58,627 nt of DNA from Candidatus Poseidoniales archaeon (GTDB taxonomy: Archaea > Thermoplasmatota > Poseidoniia > Poseidoniales > Poseidoniaceae), in the NCBI GenBank assembly GCA_009887135.1, contig QXYA01000112.1:1-58627 (forward strand), given 5' to 3'. Under the pieces are notes generated by a model. It was not told the origin of the DNA. It was given only the letters and a program-made list of their open reading frames with translations, and made no database searches. Position numbers and translations under genes: made by a program. Positions 17,262 through 26,897 of this stretch are shown here, in pieces (the stretch's first letter is position 1; every line of letters begins with the position of its first letter).

Positions 17262-19298
17262 ATGGTTATGGCTGAGATTGTCCGTGAAGAACCAGAAGGC
17301 GTTCTCGAGGACGCTTCTTCGTTCGATACCGAACAACTTGGCTTCATGTGTGGTATCGAAGTTCACCAGCAATTAGCCACTGGGAAACTCCATTCAAGGC
17401 AACCATGCGATCTCTTCGATGTGACTATTGAAACCGTTCCTGATGAGTGGCCTCGATATAGCAGGAAATTGCGTTTAGCAAGTGGAGAAGGCGGCGTTGT
17501 GGATATCGCAGCCCGCTTCGAGAAGCGACGGAATCGCTCTTTTGTATACATTCAATCCCCAAATGCAGGCCTTATCGAACTTGATGATAGTCCGCCTCTT
17601 CCGCACGATTCCGATGCACTCAATATTGCTCTGACCGTTTCTGCATTGCTTGACTCAAAGCCAGTTACTGCGATTCAGACAATGAGGAAAACCGTTGTTG
17701 ATGGTTCGAATACGAGTGGATTTCAAAGAACATCTCTCATCTCCACTGATGGTGTCCTCAAGACAGACATGGGTGATGTAGGAATCGATGTATTATGCTT
17801 AGAAGAAGACAGTGCTCGAAAATTGGAAACGATTGCAACATCATCAGGGGAGCAAGTTATTTACAACCTTGATCGACTTGGCGTTCCTTTGATTGAAATT
17901 GCAACATCACCAGACATTATTTCACCAGAACATGCCCAAATTACAGCAAAGGCATTGGGAAGAACACTCAGAGATACTCGAAGTGTTCGACGCGGACTTG
18001 GCTCCATTCGTCAAGATCTCAATGTGAGTGTTGCCTGCGGCGATCGTGTTGAAATCAAGGGCTGTCAAGATTTAGGATGGATTCCTAAGATTGTTCGATT
18101 AGAAATGGTACGCCAAGTCCATATGTATCGCCTTGCAAACACGCTTCGCCAAGAACTCAATCTCCCCTTATTACCAACAGACCGACGACTTGATGATGCT
18201 TCGATGGAAGCAGAAGTGTCAAGAGCAGTCGAACAACACCTTCCTACAGAACTTTCAGATGTTACCTCTGTTTTCTCTGATTGCGAAAGTAGAATGGTCC
18301 GTGAAGGATTAGATTCTGAATACAAGATGATTGCACTGAAACTCCCTGGTTTTGCCGGAAGATTCGGAACGAAAACACTGGATTCTGAAGGCTCTCAACT
18401 ACCACGACTTGGCAGGGAACTCGCAGGTGCTGCAAAATTAGCAGGTGTACGCGGCGTCTTCCATTCTGATGAACTTCCTGCGTATGGAATTGAGCAGTCC
18501 TTTGTCGATGGTGTGAGAACGCAACTTGAACTTTCAGAAGGAGATGGATTTGTTCTATGCCTTGCGCCAGAGTGGCAAGCCAAACTTGCCCTTGAATCAG
18601 TTGTTCAACGAGCTCGACTTTCTTATCACCGAATACCGCAGGAAGTTCGTAATGTAGTTGTCAAAAAGGGAGCTCCTGAAGATGGAACAACCTCACCTAT
18701 GCGCCCACTTCCTGGTGGTGCACGAATGTATCCAGAAACAGATGTACCTCCAGTTCTTGTTCACGATGAGCATTGGGCTACAATCCTCGGAAACTTACCA
18801 ATGAGCCAAGATGAACGAATGACTCGATTGAAGGAGACTGAACTTTCTGAAGATCAATGCAAGCAACTTCTTTCACGAGAATTAGACGATGTCTTTTTCC
18901 AGTCTCATCCAACTCCAACAAAGGCTTGGGCATCGCTTTTATTAGTTCATGAATCGGTTGCAGCTACGGTTCTTTCAACAGTTTTAGCAGTTCGTGAAAA
19001 CGGTGGAATTACAAGAGAGGGAATTGAATCAACCATTGAACACTTTGCTCAAATGAAGGAAATTTCAGCAGCAGAAGTAGAAGCCTACGCAGAAGAAAAT
19101 GGACTTGTACCAGCAGATGTCGGAGATCTTGAATCGATTGTTGAATCGATTGTTCTCGAGCGCTTAGACTTCGTAAAAGAACGTGGAATGGGAGCTATGG
19201 GGCCACTCATGGGTATTGTTATGGGAGCCTGCCCTGGTGTCGATGGCAAAGAAGTGAGTACCGTTCTTCGCACTGTCATCCAGAGGCATTCAGCATGA
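17262..19298 (+). CDS. gatE: Glutamyl-tRNA(Gln) amidotransferase subunit E (archaeal GatE)
   Basis: The GatB/E N-terminal signature CGIEVHQQL is present. Length and the inserted domain fit GatE, and the tail is YqeY-like. Start set at ATG 17262. No gatD is present in the window. Confidence 0.9.
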   Translation: MVMAEIVREEPEGVLEDASSFDTEQLGFMCGIEVHQQLATGKLHSRQPCDLFDVTIETVPDEWPRYSRKLRLASGEGGVVDIAARFEKRRNRSFVYIQSPNAGLIELDDSPPLPHDSDALNIALTVSALLDSKPVTAIQTMRKTVVDGSNTSGFQRTSLISTDGVLKTDMGDVGIDVLCLEEDSARKLETIATSSGEQVIYNLDRLGVPLIEIATSPDIISPEHAQITAKALGRTLRDTRSVRRGLGSIRQDLNVSVACGDRVEIKGCQDLGWIPKIVRLEMVRQVHMYRLANTLRQELNLPLLPTDRRLDDASMEAEVSRAVEQHLPTELSDVTSVFSDCESRMVREGLDSEYKMIALKLPGFAGRFGTKTLDSEGSQLPRLGRELAGAAKLAGVRGVFHSDELPAYGIEQSFVDGVRTQLELSEGDGFVLCLAPEWQAKLALESVVQRARLSYHRIPQEVRNVVVKKGAPEDGTTSPMRPLPGGARMYPETDVPPVLVHDEHWATILGNLPMSQDERMTRLKETELSEDQCKQLLSRELDDVFFQSHPTPTKAWASLLLVHESVAATVLSTVLAVRENGGITREGIESTIEHFAQMKEISAAEVEAYAEENGLVPADVGDLESIVESIVLERLDFVKERGMGAMGPLMGIVMGACPGVDGKEVSTVLRTVIQRHSA

Positions 19299-20917
19299 AG
19301 CGTGTTGTCCTGTTGTTGCTTCTACTCATCCTTTTACCGTTTGCAAAGGCTGAATCAACCCATTCATGGGAACATGAATTTGAAAACGGTTACATTACAA
19401 CTCAACCTCTTCTTGTCGAAGATTCAGTCTTTGTCCGCACCTCTGGTTTCTGGATTGGGGATGAACGGCCACAGGTATCTGCGTTTGAGATAACATCTGG
19501 GGATGAATTGTGGACATATCGTTCTGATACTACGCTTCAACACGATATGTCTCCGTTGATGTTTGTCGGTTCTGGAGACGGAGTTTGTGGCTCATGGCAA
19601 GATATTTTGATCGTTGCATGGGCTGATGGGAAGGTGACTGCACTGAATCCTTCGAACGGAGAATTAGTATGGGAACAACAAACAGAAGTGAACGTTATCG
19701 GAATTACTGGTCAACTCGGAATTGATGAAGATCGAGTTGTTGTTCCCACCAGACAAGGATTGTCGACGTTTTGTCTTGAAGATGGAGAACAGCTTCTTCG
19801 AGTAGACTTTGAAGAAATTGGTTGGAGAAATGGCGTATTGATCTCAGAGAGTGGATATCACGTAGGTACTGAAGCGGGTGTTCTCTATTCTGTCAGCAGA
19901 GATGGGGCCGTATCAAATTCTTCAATTGGTGACGGGAAGATTCGCCATGCTCCAATTGAAACGCAACATGGGCTACTCATTCATCTTCAAACAGCAACAG
20001 GTTCAACGCTCTATCTCAATAACAGCATAATCGGGAACTATGGATATTCTCCTGCTATTCCTCTTCAATACGAGGGACGTGTTTTCCTTGCTACATCCAA
20101 TGAATGGGTTTCGTTATCATGTGATGACATAACCTGTTTCGAAGAATCAAAAAGTTCGTTTCATTCAAATGGAGAAATGTCCATGCGCATCCTTGAGAAC
20201 AATTCGGTTGAAATTTGGGTTCCTTCAAACACCCCAGATGGGGGCTGGGGTGTCTTTAATCGTACTTCTCTGCAGAGAATGCATACGACTTCATTTGATA
20301 CCTACACCACTGCAGCGCCGGGGTTTTCTCCAGTAGCAATGGCGCTTGGTAATGACATGGGCTTGTTACATGTCACTCTCTTTGGATCAGAGGAATCTCC
20401 TGAAACCCCGTCATCGTTTTCGTTAATTGAAGCATTTCATTACGTTCTTCTTCTTTCCTCGTATCTGCTTTGTTGCCTTTTCTTTGCAACCAATAACAAA
20501 CCGAAATTATGGAAGGCTCTGACGTTGTTTCTTCTCTTGTTTACCGTTGCGGCGGTACCAGAGATGTCTGCTAAATGGCCGACATTTGCCGAATCAGAGG
20601 TTGAGGCTACATGGGATACTGAATGGCCAGAAGAATGGAGAGATACGCAAATTGTTGTCATAGAAATTGACGGCAAAGAGAACGTTATCGGCGGCCTTAA
20701 TGGTTATTCAAATGTCTATGAATTAACCCAAGCGGCATCCGCCTCACTTGGCATTACAACGGACTATGAAGATCAATACCTAGGCTTGTATTTGCTTTCA
20801 TTCAATGGAACTGAAGGTGATGGATGGGAGTTTACACTCGATGGTTCACGTTCGAATACAGGCATTGTTGATACAGCGATAGATTCTGACTCAATTCTTC
20901 GTTGGAGACCAGCCTAA
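19295..20917 (+). CDS. Membrane-anchored PQQ-like beta-propeller protein with a C-terminal DUF4430 (transcobalamin-like) domain
   Basis: The signal peptide is MKRVVLLLLLLILLPFAKA. PQQ/BamB-type repeats are present (SGDELWTY, NPSNGELVWEQ, LEDGEQLLRV). Two TM helices follow (YVLLLSSYLLCCLFF, LTLFLLLFTVAAV). The C-terminus IVVIEIDGKENVIGG...GLYLLSFNGTEGDGWEFTLDGSRSNTGIVDTAIDSDSILRWRP matches my memory of the DUF4430 pattern. The ATGA overlaps the gatE stop. Confidence 0.65.
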   Translation: MKRVVLLLLLLILLPFAKAESTHSWEHEFENGYITTQPLLVEDSVFVRTSGFWIGDERPQVSAFEITSGDELWTYRSDTTLQHDMSPLMFVGSGDGVCGSWQDILIVAWADGKVTALNPSNGELVWEQQTEVNVIGITGQLGIDEDRVVVPTRQGLSTFCLEDGEQLLRVDFEEIGWRNGVLISESGYHVGTEAGVLYSVSRDGAVSNSSIGDGKIRHAPIETQHGLLIHLQTATGSTLYLNNSIIGNYGYSPAIPLQYEGRVFLATSNEWVSLSCDDITCFEESKSSFHSNGEMSMRILENNSVEIWVPSNTPDGGWGVFNRTSLQRMHTTSFDTYTTAAPGFSPVAMALGNDMGLLHVTLFGSEESPETPSSFSLIEAFHYVLLLSSYLLCCLFFATNNKPKLWKALTLFLLLFTVAAVPEMSAKWPTFAESEVEATWDTEWPEEWRDTQIVVIEIDGKENVIGGLNGYSNVYELTQAASASLGITTDYEDQYLGLYLLSFNGTEGDGWEFTLDGSRSNTGIVDTAIDSDSILRWRPA

Positions 20918-20949
20918 GCGGGAACACTCAAGGCTAACCGTCTTCTGGA

Positions 20950-21615
20950 ATGTTCATGCTGAGCGGACTTGGTACACATGGGCCTCAAGTTTCATCACTA
21001 GGTTTACTCGCTATCAATTCGATACTTTTCGCCTCAGCAATTTGGCTACTGATGCGCCCAAATAATCACCATAAAGGGTGGCTATGGTCTCTATTTCTCC
21101 TTGCTATCATCGCCTCGGGATCCCGGATATTACTGAGTGGCCTTCCAAACATTATGCCAGTCACAATCCTCGTAATAATGGTCGGTTCAAAGTATGGCCT
21201 TCAACGCAGCATCGCCTTTGTTATTCTTGTTACTGTATCCAGTAACGCAGTCCTTGGCGATGGCTGGTGGACTCTTTTCCAAGTCCTTGCTTGGTCCAGC
21301 GTCGCTGGCGTAAGTGCAGTGTTCTCGGTTCATAACAATCAGGGTAATCTTTCTATGAAGCGTCTTTCATTTGCTGCGGTTTGGAGCGTTCCATTGTTCA
21401 GTATGATCGTCTCACTTTCAATTCTTGATGGCTCAATGTCAAGTCTGGAATTTGTTCTTTACTTATTCAACGGAATTCCATTTGACGCCCTCCACATGAT
21501 GGGGAATATTTTCTTTGCAGTTTGGTGCGGAGTTTGGTTTGAACAAATCCTTTCTCTTCAAACCCCTTCCCAGCAAAGAATTGTTCGAGAGGATCAACAT
21601 GTCAGCATTGTCTGA
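20950..21615 (+). CDS. Polytopic membrane protein, possibly ECF-type S-component-like
   Basis: About six hydrophobic helices are present. LPNIMPVTILVIMVGSKYGLQRSIAFVIL resembles the helix-1/2 region of ECF substrate-capture subunits. That assignment is weak and from memory only. Confidence 0.45.
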   Translation: MFMLSGLGTHGPQVSSLGLLAINSILFASAIWLLMRPNNHHKGWLWSLFLLAIIASGSRILLSGLPNIMPVTILVIMVGSKYGLQRSIAFVILVTVSSNAVLGDGWWTLFQVLAWSSVAGVSAVFSVHNNQGNLSMKRLSFAAVWSVPLFSMIVSLSILDGSMSSLEFVLYLFNGIPFDALHMMGNIFFAVWCGVWFEQILSLQTPSQQRIVREDQHVSIV

Positions 21616-21970
21616 GCCTCCTACAATGGCCTTTCTTTGCCGTGCTGATTTAGAATTATCAGCAGGAAAACTTGCTGTACAATGCGCTCATGCAGCAATT
21701 GGTTCACTCAAGCAAGCGAAAAAGACACATTCGCGAATGGTACAGCGATGGCAGGAAACTGCTTCACGAAAAATTTGCTTGTCCGTTGAGGACGAAGAAG
21801 ATCTGATGTATTTTCTTGGTTTAGTCAAAGCAGCATCATTACCGTATTCACTTATTCAAGATGCAGGATTGACAGAAGTCGCGCCAGGAACCGTAACTGT
21901 GCTAGGAGTAGGGCCAGCACCTCGCCATACAATGGACCATCTTTTTTCTGAACTCAAGACCTACGATTGA
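21599..21970 (+). CDS. pth2: Peptidyl-tRNA hydrolase, archaeal/eukaryotic type (Pth2), divergent copy 1
   Basis: AGKLAVQCAHAAIGS...KICLSVEDEEDL...IQDAGLTEVAPGTVTVLGVGP matches the Pth2 family pattern. Start set at ATG 21599 (an alternative is 21626). It overlaps the end of the upstream membrane gene. Confidence 0.8.
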   Translation: MSALSEPPTMAFLCRADLELSAGKLAVQCAHAAIGSLKQAKKTHSRMVQRWQETASRKICLSVEDEEDLMYFLGLVKAASLPYSLIQDAGLTEVAPGTVTVLGVGPAPRHTMDHLFSELKTYD

Positions 21971-21979
21971 GGTGGATTC

Positions 21980-22399
21980 ATGGGGTTACGAAGTTTCATT
22001 CATCGTTTAACAGCCCCCAAACCTCTGAGGAGTTTGTCTCTTGATGAGAAGTTGAAAATGGTCTTCGTCGTAAACCATGAACTCAAAATGGGTAAAGGAA
22101 AGATTGCAGCTCAAGTAGCGCATGCAGCTGTTAAGGCTACACTTGCGTGTGGTGAACGAGATCCCGCTCTTCTCGATGCATGGTTCAAAACTGGTCAGAA
22201 GAAAATATGCGTTAAAGGAGATTCAGCAAAGCATTTGGAGCAATTATCCACCGATGCAAAAAGGAACGGCCTTCTTGCAAATAAGATTCACGATGCAGGG
22301 CATACCCAGATTCCAGCAGGTTCGTTCACAGTGCTGGCTCTAGGGCCTTGTAGGGACGAAGATGTCGAAACGATTACAGGCGATTTGAAATTACTTTGA
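21980..22399 (+). CDS. pth2: Peptidyl-tRNA hydrolase Pth2, canonical copy 2
   Basis: [22 protein letters not shown]...[12 protein letters not shown]...[21 protein letters not shown] matches the Pth2 family pattern. The 26-aa N-terminal extension may not be translated, in which case the start is ATG 22058. Confidence 0.85.
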   Translation: MGLRSFIHRLTAPKPLRSLSLDEKLKMVFVVNHELKMGKGKIAAQVAHAAVKATLACGERDPALLDAWFKTGQKKICVKGDSAKHLEQLSTDAKRNGLLANKIHDAGHTQIPAGSFTVLALGPCRDEDVETITGDLKLL

Positions 22400-23484
22400 G
22401 TCGATTCTTTGAACATGGGATGCTTGCTAGCGCATCTATGCGAGACCATTCATCAAGTCGTATTGACCTTCGCTCAGATACGGTTACACAACCTACTGTG
22501 GCTATGAGAGACGCTATGGCAACGGCTGAAGTTGGTGACGATGTTTTGGGTGATGACCCAACCGTTCAACGATTGGAAGAACTCGTTGCTAAACGATGTG
22601 GAAAAGAGGCAGGCCTCTTTGTTCCATCAGGTACAATGTCAAACGCTGTCGCACTGAAAACACACACCGTTCCTGGTGATGAAATCGTCACTGAACGCTA
22701 CAGCCATATCTATCTCTACGAGGGTGGGGGATACGCAGCTCTATGTGGTTCAAGCATCGCATTACCAGAAGGCAAGTATGGTATGCTAACGCCTGAATTG
22801 GTTTCAGGCGCAATAAGAAAACAAGCAGGATCACAATCTCACTATCCCGACGGCCGTCTTGTTTGTGTTGAAAATACAGCCAATAGAGGTGGAGGTACAT
22901 GCTACGAGCAATCCATCCTCGATGAAATCGCATCCGTAGCGAATGAACATAATTGCGGCACACACATTGATGGCGCCCGTATTTTCAATGCCTCGATTGC
23001 TACTGGTGTTGCTTTACCGCGTATGGCCGAGCATTACGACTCAGTTTCAATATGCCTTTCAAAAGGTCTTGGGGCGCCCGTAGGTTCAGTACTTGTTGGT
23101 TCTCAAGAGTTCATTGATCAGGCTCATCGCTGGAGGAAAATGTTTGGAGGAGGCATGAGGCAATCTGGTATCCTTGCTGCCGCAGGAATACATGCAGTTG
23201 AACATCATGTAGACAGGTTGGTTGATGATCACCGTAGAGCAATGAATCTAGCAACAGCTATCGATGAAATGAACCATGTGCACGTCGACCTTGATGCTGT
23301 TCAAACCAACATGGTTTATTTCTCGGCAGATGGCTATACAGCATCACAAGTTGCAGAACATATGGGCAAGCAAGGAATCGATATGTTTGACATCTCGCCA
23401 ACACATTGTCGGCTCGTAACTCACCTTCACATTACAGATGAAGATGTAGAAAACGTCGTAGCGGCTCTTGGAACACTTCGCTGA
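22396..23484 (+). CDS. ltaE: Low-specificity L-threonine aldolase (PLP-dependent)
   Basis: [33 protein letters not shown] is present, and [14 protein letters not shown] carries the PLP lysine. The start is uncertain: TTG 22396, ATG 22420 or ATG 22438. Confidence 0.85.
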   Translation: MSRFFEHGMLASASMRDHSSSRIDLRSDTVTQPTVAMRDAMATAEVGDDVLGDDPTVQRLEELVAKRCGKEAGLFVPSGTMSNAVALKTHTVPGDEIVTERYSHIYLYEGGGYAALCGSSIALPEGKYGMLTPELVSGAIRKQAGSQSHYPDGRLVCVENTANRGGGTCYEQSILDEIASVANEHNCGTHIDGARIFNASIATGVALPRMAEHYDSVSICLSKGLGAPVGSVLVGSQEFIDQAHRWRKMFGGGMRQSGILAAAGIHAVEHHVDRLVDDHRRAMNLATAIDEMNHVHVDLDAVQTNMVYFSADGYTASQVAEHMGKQGIDMFDISPTHCRLVTHLHITDEDVENVVAALGTLR

Positions 23485-23516
23485 ACGTTTTTAATCTCTG
23501 GAAATCGAAAGATTAC

Positions 23517-25739
23517 ATGGTTCAACCTTCATGTGGCGTATGCCTTCAAGATGAAACAACAAACCAATGCTCTTTGTGTGAGCGATGCATAGAACTCGCA
23601 CTCGAAAGAAATTGGGCACCAGAATTAGACTTTGCTGTACATAAGCAAATGGCCCATGTGCTCGGTGGACCAATCCGTTCTCTGAAACGCAGATGGGATC
23701 ATTTGGAGCAGTTTATGATAAACACGCCAGACGTTGATTGGGCCCGATTAGGGAATCCACAGGAAGATCCTGTGCGCTACTCTCCGTTCCCTGAAGAGGA
23801 AGAGGAAATTTTCATCGATAAACTTAGATCAGGAGATGGGGTTTCAGGTTATGAGAAAGAAAAGCTGGAAGATGGGTTTTTGATGCGTAACGGTTCAATT
23901 ATCTCATTCAGTGATGGACGTATGTTTGTGGATGGGCAACGACATAATGTCCAGATTCCGATCCGGCAATTTCTGATTCTTCTAACCGATAAAGAGAATA
24001 GGATTGGCTGGGATATTGTTTCGATTTTCCTTGCAGTAAGCGCATTATATCAGCCTATTCGGAAGTCTGGAGAGGATGCGAGATTCATGAATCGATACTA
24101 CAATCTTTTCTTTAGAAACAATCGAACTAACCGAATTACACCATTTGATTCGATGATTCAAACATCATATCTGTTGTGTGAACAAAAGAGAAAACTCGGA
24201 TTTAATCCACTTGTAAATCATCATTGGGCAAGAAATCTACTCGAACGGCTTGATGGCAGAAGGCCACGGCAGAGAATGAAATTCTCACGACGATTTCTCC
24301 GAGATGGTTCCAACAATCTTCTGGAGGATGTAGAATGGCCATGGGCTCGTCGTTGGGCCAATCTAACAGATCTGACAGAACACAAAAATGTCCCTTCACC
24401 AATCATGCTGAGTACAAAAGGAGAATTGTGTTTTAGGGCTATGACAAAGAAAGGAGCGACGAGAAGAACACCTATTCCGCCTCGTCCTGGATTGCTTGCA
24501 GGTCTCGTTTCATGGTGCAGTTCTCCTCATGAATCTCGAGAAGGGGAGATGCTCATTGCAACTCAAATGAATTGGTCTTCAGCATATCAGGAGCAAGAGA
24601 AATTAAGTCCACCATTGGTGAAATCAATGCAATTTCTTCGTGGTGTTCTAAACCAATTTCCAAACGACACGTGGGTGGAAGGCGATCGGATTCTTGTTCG
24701 TGGAATGATCGGCCACTTCTATGAAATCCGGCTCGAACAAGGTTCACACATGGCACCGTTCAAAATCCATGGTGTTCGCTTAGGTTCTACCTCTCCACAA
24801 TCATTGTGTATTCACACAGGGCGGTATCACCGAGATATTCCAATTGGCGATACCATTGCCATCGTTGTGTTATCGCTTATTTCAGATGCTATTACTGCCG
24901 AAAAAGTGAACAGTCTAATGATGTATCTTCGTACAAATGAACCTCCAGGGGAGCCTCAATCGACATCTCGTCTTACTCCAAAAGAATTCTATTCAGGTGC
25001 GAAAAGAAGACTCCCTGATTTTATGATGTTTGGAGGACCCCAGCCCTTCAACAACGTTGTAAATCCGGTCGAAGTAAACGGTGCTCAAACAGTATCCGAC
25101 TCCGTTATTGTAAAGGATTGGCGAATTCGACCGGCGGCAATAAATGACGGCATATTCAATCATGATGCCATTGATTTCGATGGAATGGAACTGCCTCGAC
25201 TTGAATGGAGGAATAGACAACGTGTCGATCGACGTTTATTCATTGAAGATCCACCGGTAGAAGTGATTGACGTTCTTGAAGATGTAGAACAAGAACCAGT
25301 GGCTCCTCTTCGAGAAGAAGATGGTCAATTCCATAGATGGTATCGCACAATGCCACTTGTTTGGGAAGCGCTTTCATTACAGCCCATAGGAAACCATGTC
25401 TCTGTAGGTGGCCTAAGAGGGGTGTTACGACTTCAAGGATGTGGGCTTAGAATTACGATTCGTACAGCTCAAGAAGAAGATGCCATTCTTCGTTTTTTGG
25501 AGATTCTTGGGTATCATTACTCACGTAGGCTTAATGGCGATCAAGTGTTCATTCGACGAGACTTTCCAATTGCTAATCCGAGGCAAGAATTACGTAATAT
25601 CTTGAATCCACTCGAACAGGAACTTGGCTTTTTCAATATTGAGAATTATGTTCTTCGTTACTTAGAAGTCGGAAGACCACCAGATAGAATGCCAGAAGTT
25701 GACCGGAGACTGCATGCAAATTTAGTTGATCACTACTGA
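23517..25739 (+). CDS. Large basic hypothetical protein with an N-terminal CxxC-x8-CxxC zinc knuckle
   Basis: 740-aa uninterrupted ORF. The N-terminus reads CGVCLQDETTNQCSLCERC. The protein is Arg/Trp-rich throughout (RRPRQRMKFSRRFLRDG, WPWARRWANL), in contrast to its acidic neighbours. No family recognised. Confidence 0.6.
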   Translation: MVQPSCGVCLQDETTNQCSLCERCIELALERNWAPELDFAVHKQMAHVLGGPIRSLKRRWDHLEQFMINTPDVDWARLGNPQEDPVRYSPFPEEEEEIFIDKLRSGDGVSGYEKEKLEDGFLMRNGSIISFSDGRMFVDGQRHNVQIPIRQFLILLTDKENRIGWDIVSIFLAVSALYQPIRKSGEDARFMNRYYNLFFRNNRTNRITPFDSMIQTSYLLCEQKRKLGFNPLVNHHWARNLLERLDGRRPRQRMKFSRRFLRDGSNNLLEDVEWPWARRWANLTDLTEHKNVPSPIMLSTKGELCFRAMTKKGATRRTPIPPRPGLLAGLVSWCSSPHESREGEMLIATQMNWSSAYQEQEKLSPPLVKSMQFLRGVLNQFPNDTWVEGDRILVRGMIGHFYEIRLEQGSHMAPFKIHGVRLGSTSPQSLCIHTGRYHRDIPIGDTIAIVVLSLISDAITAEKVNSLMMYLRTNEPPGEPQSTSRLTPKEFYSGAKRRLPDFMMFGGPQPFNNVVNPVEVNGAQTVSDSVIVKDWRIRPAAINDGIFNHDAIDFDGMELPRLEWRNRQRVDRRLFIEDPPVEVIDVLEDVEQEPVAPLREEDGQFHRWYRTMPLVWEALSLQPIGNHVSVGGLRGVLRLQGCGLRITIRTAQEEDAILRFLEILGYHYSRRLNGDQVFIRRDFPIANPRQELRNILNPLEQELGFFNIENYVLRYLEVGRPPDRMPEVDRRLHANLVDHY

Positions 25740-25745
25740 ATAAAG

Positions 25746-26852
25746 TTAGCCGACATCTTGCCAACCGGTTCCATTCCACCATCGCCCGCTGCCATCACTC
25801 ATTTTTCTCCATGTATGACCTGATTCATCCGTCCATTCATTGAGTACTGTTGGTTCAATCGGAGAGGATGGATGTGGCACATCGGGAGTAGTTGCTGTAG
25901 GCAGAGTAAGTTCATTCTCTAAGGATGCGTGCAGGGGATCGGGTGTTGATTTTTTCTTAAGCACAAGGAAAGAAACAATTCCAACGATGACAAGCAATCC
26001 TACAGAGAGTGAAATAAGCGTACCACTAAAGCCGCCCTTATCTTCATCTTGTTCAATACTATCAACGATTTCAGATTCTACAATCTCGTGGAACATAAGG
26101 TGGACTTCAAGGTCGGTTCCATCGTATGCGTCTGCATAGGTAACGGATTGAATGCCTTGACTTAATCCGGAAGAATTGACGATATCTAAATGAATAATTT
26201 CTCGAACGATGTGAGGGTAGTTCACTTTACTATTGGTTCCATCAGGAAATGTGCCAATCTTTTCAACCATCCATATCGAGACATTGAATGAAGAATTAGT
26301 CGACTGTTCGATGCTCCATGAAACAGTTCCGGAATTGGTTCCCGTTGGCGTCCATGCGAATGTGACAAAACCAGTTCCCAGGTTAAGCGATTTCGCTGCT
26401 TGTTCAGTATAATCTGCTTCTAAGGATGTGCCTACAGGAACATTTCCAGATATTGCGTACGTCCCATTGAACCCTACAATCGGTGGTTTCCATGGTAGAT
26501 ATGGATCAAACCGATCACGAAATTGAGCATCTACAGCCTCTGAGCCTAATGGGTCTTCAGGATCACTGATGTTTCTATGAATAGAATAGACTTGCATGTT
26601 TGAGCTTGAGGCTACATTTTCCAGAGCATCTTCAACTGCTAGGCACTGCCCACACCATGTAGCAGTATAGTCTTCAGCGATAGTAGGGAGATCGTTCAAG
26701 GAACTGTTCAAAGCAATGGTTTCATTTGCAAGACCGTGAAGCCCTCCAAACAACATGCCAGAATCGAGTTCCTCTACTTCAGCCGCTTGAGCGGGGCTAA
26801 GAACAGACAAAGCGAAGATGATTACTAGAACAGCCACTTTAGTACGTGCCAT
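25746..26852 (-). CDS. Membrane-anchored extracytoplasmic thioredoxin-fold protein (WCGQC) with a Trp-rich cytoplasmic tail
   Basis: The signal peptide is MARTKVAVLVIIFALSVLSPAQA. The redox motif is TWCGQC (26643..26657). The TM helix is LISLSVGLLVIVGIVSFLVL followed by KKK. The tail ends EWTDESGHTWRKMSDGSGRWWNGTGWQDVG. Confidence 0.65.
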   Translation of the reverse strand: MARTKVAVLVIIFALSVLSPAQAAEVEELDSGMLFGGLHGLANETIALNSSLNDLPTIAEDYTATWCGQCLAVEDALENVASSSNMQVYSIHRNISDPEDPLGSEAVDAQFRDRFDPYLPWKPPIVGFNGTYAISGNVPVGTSLEADYTEQAAKSLNLGTGFVTFAWTPTGTNSGTVSWSIEQSTNSSFNVSIWMVEKIGTFPDGTNSKVNYPHIVREIIHLDIVNSSGLSQGIQSVTYADAYDGTDLEVHLMFHEIVESEIVDSIEQDEDKGGFSGTLISLSVGLLVIVGIVSFLVLKKKSTPDPLHASLENELTLPTATTPDVPHPSSPIEPTVLNEWTDESGHTWRKMSDGSGRWWNGTGWQDVG

Positions 26853-26897
26853 GATTTTTGCATGCCATTCTGCTTAAAGAGACAGCGTATCAAAGCA

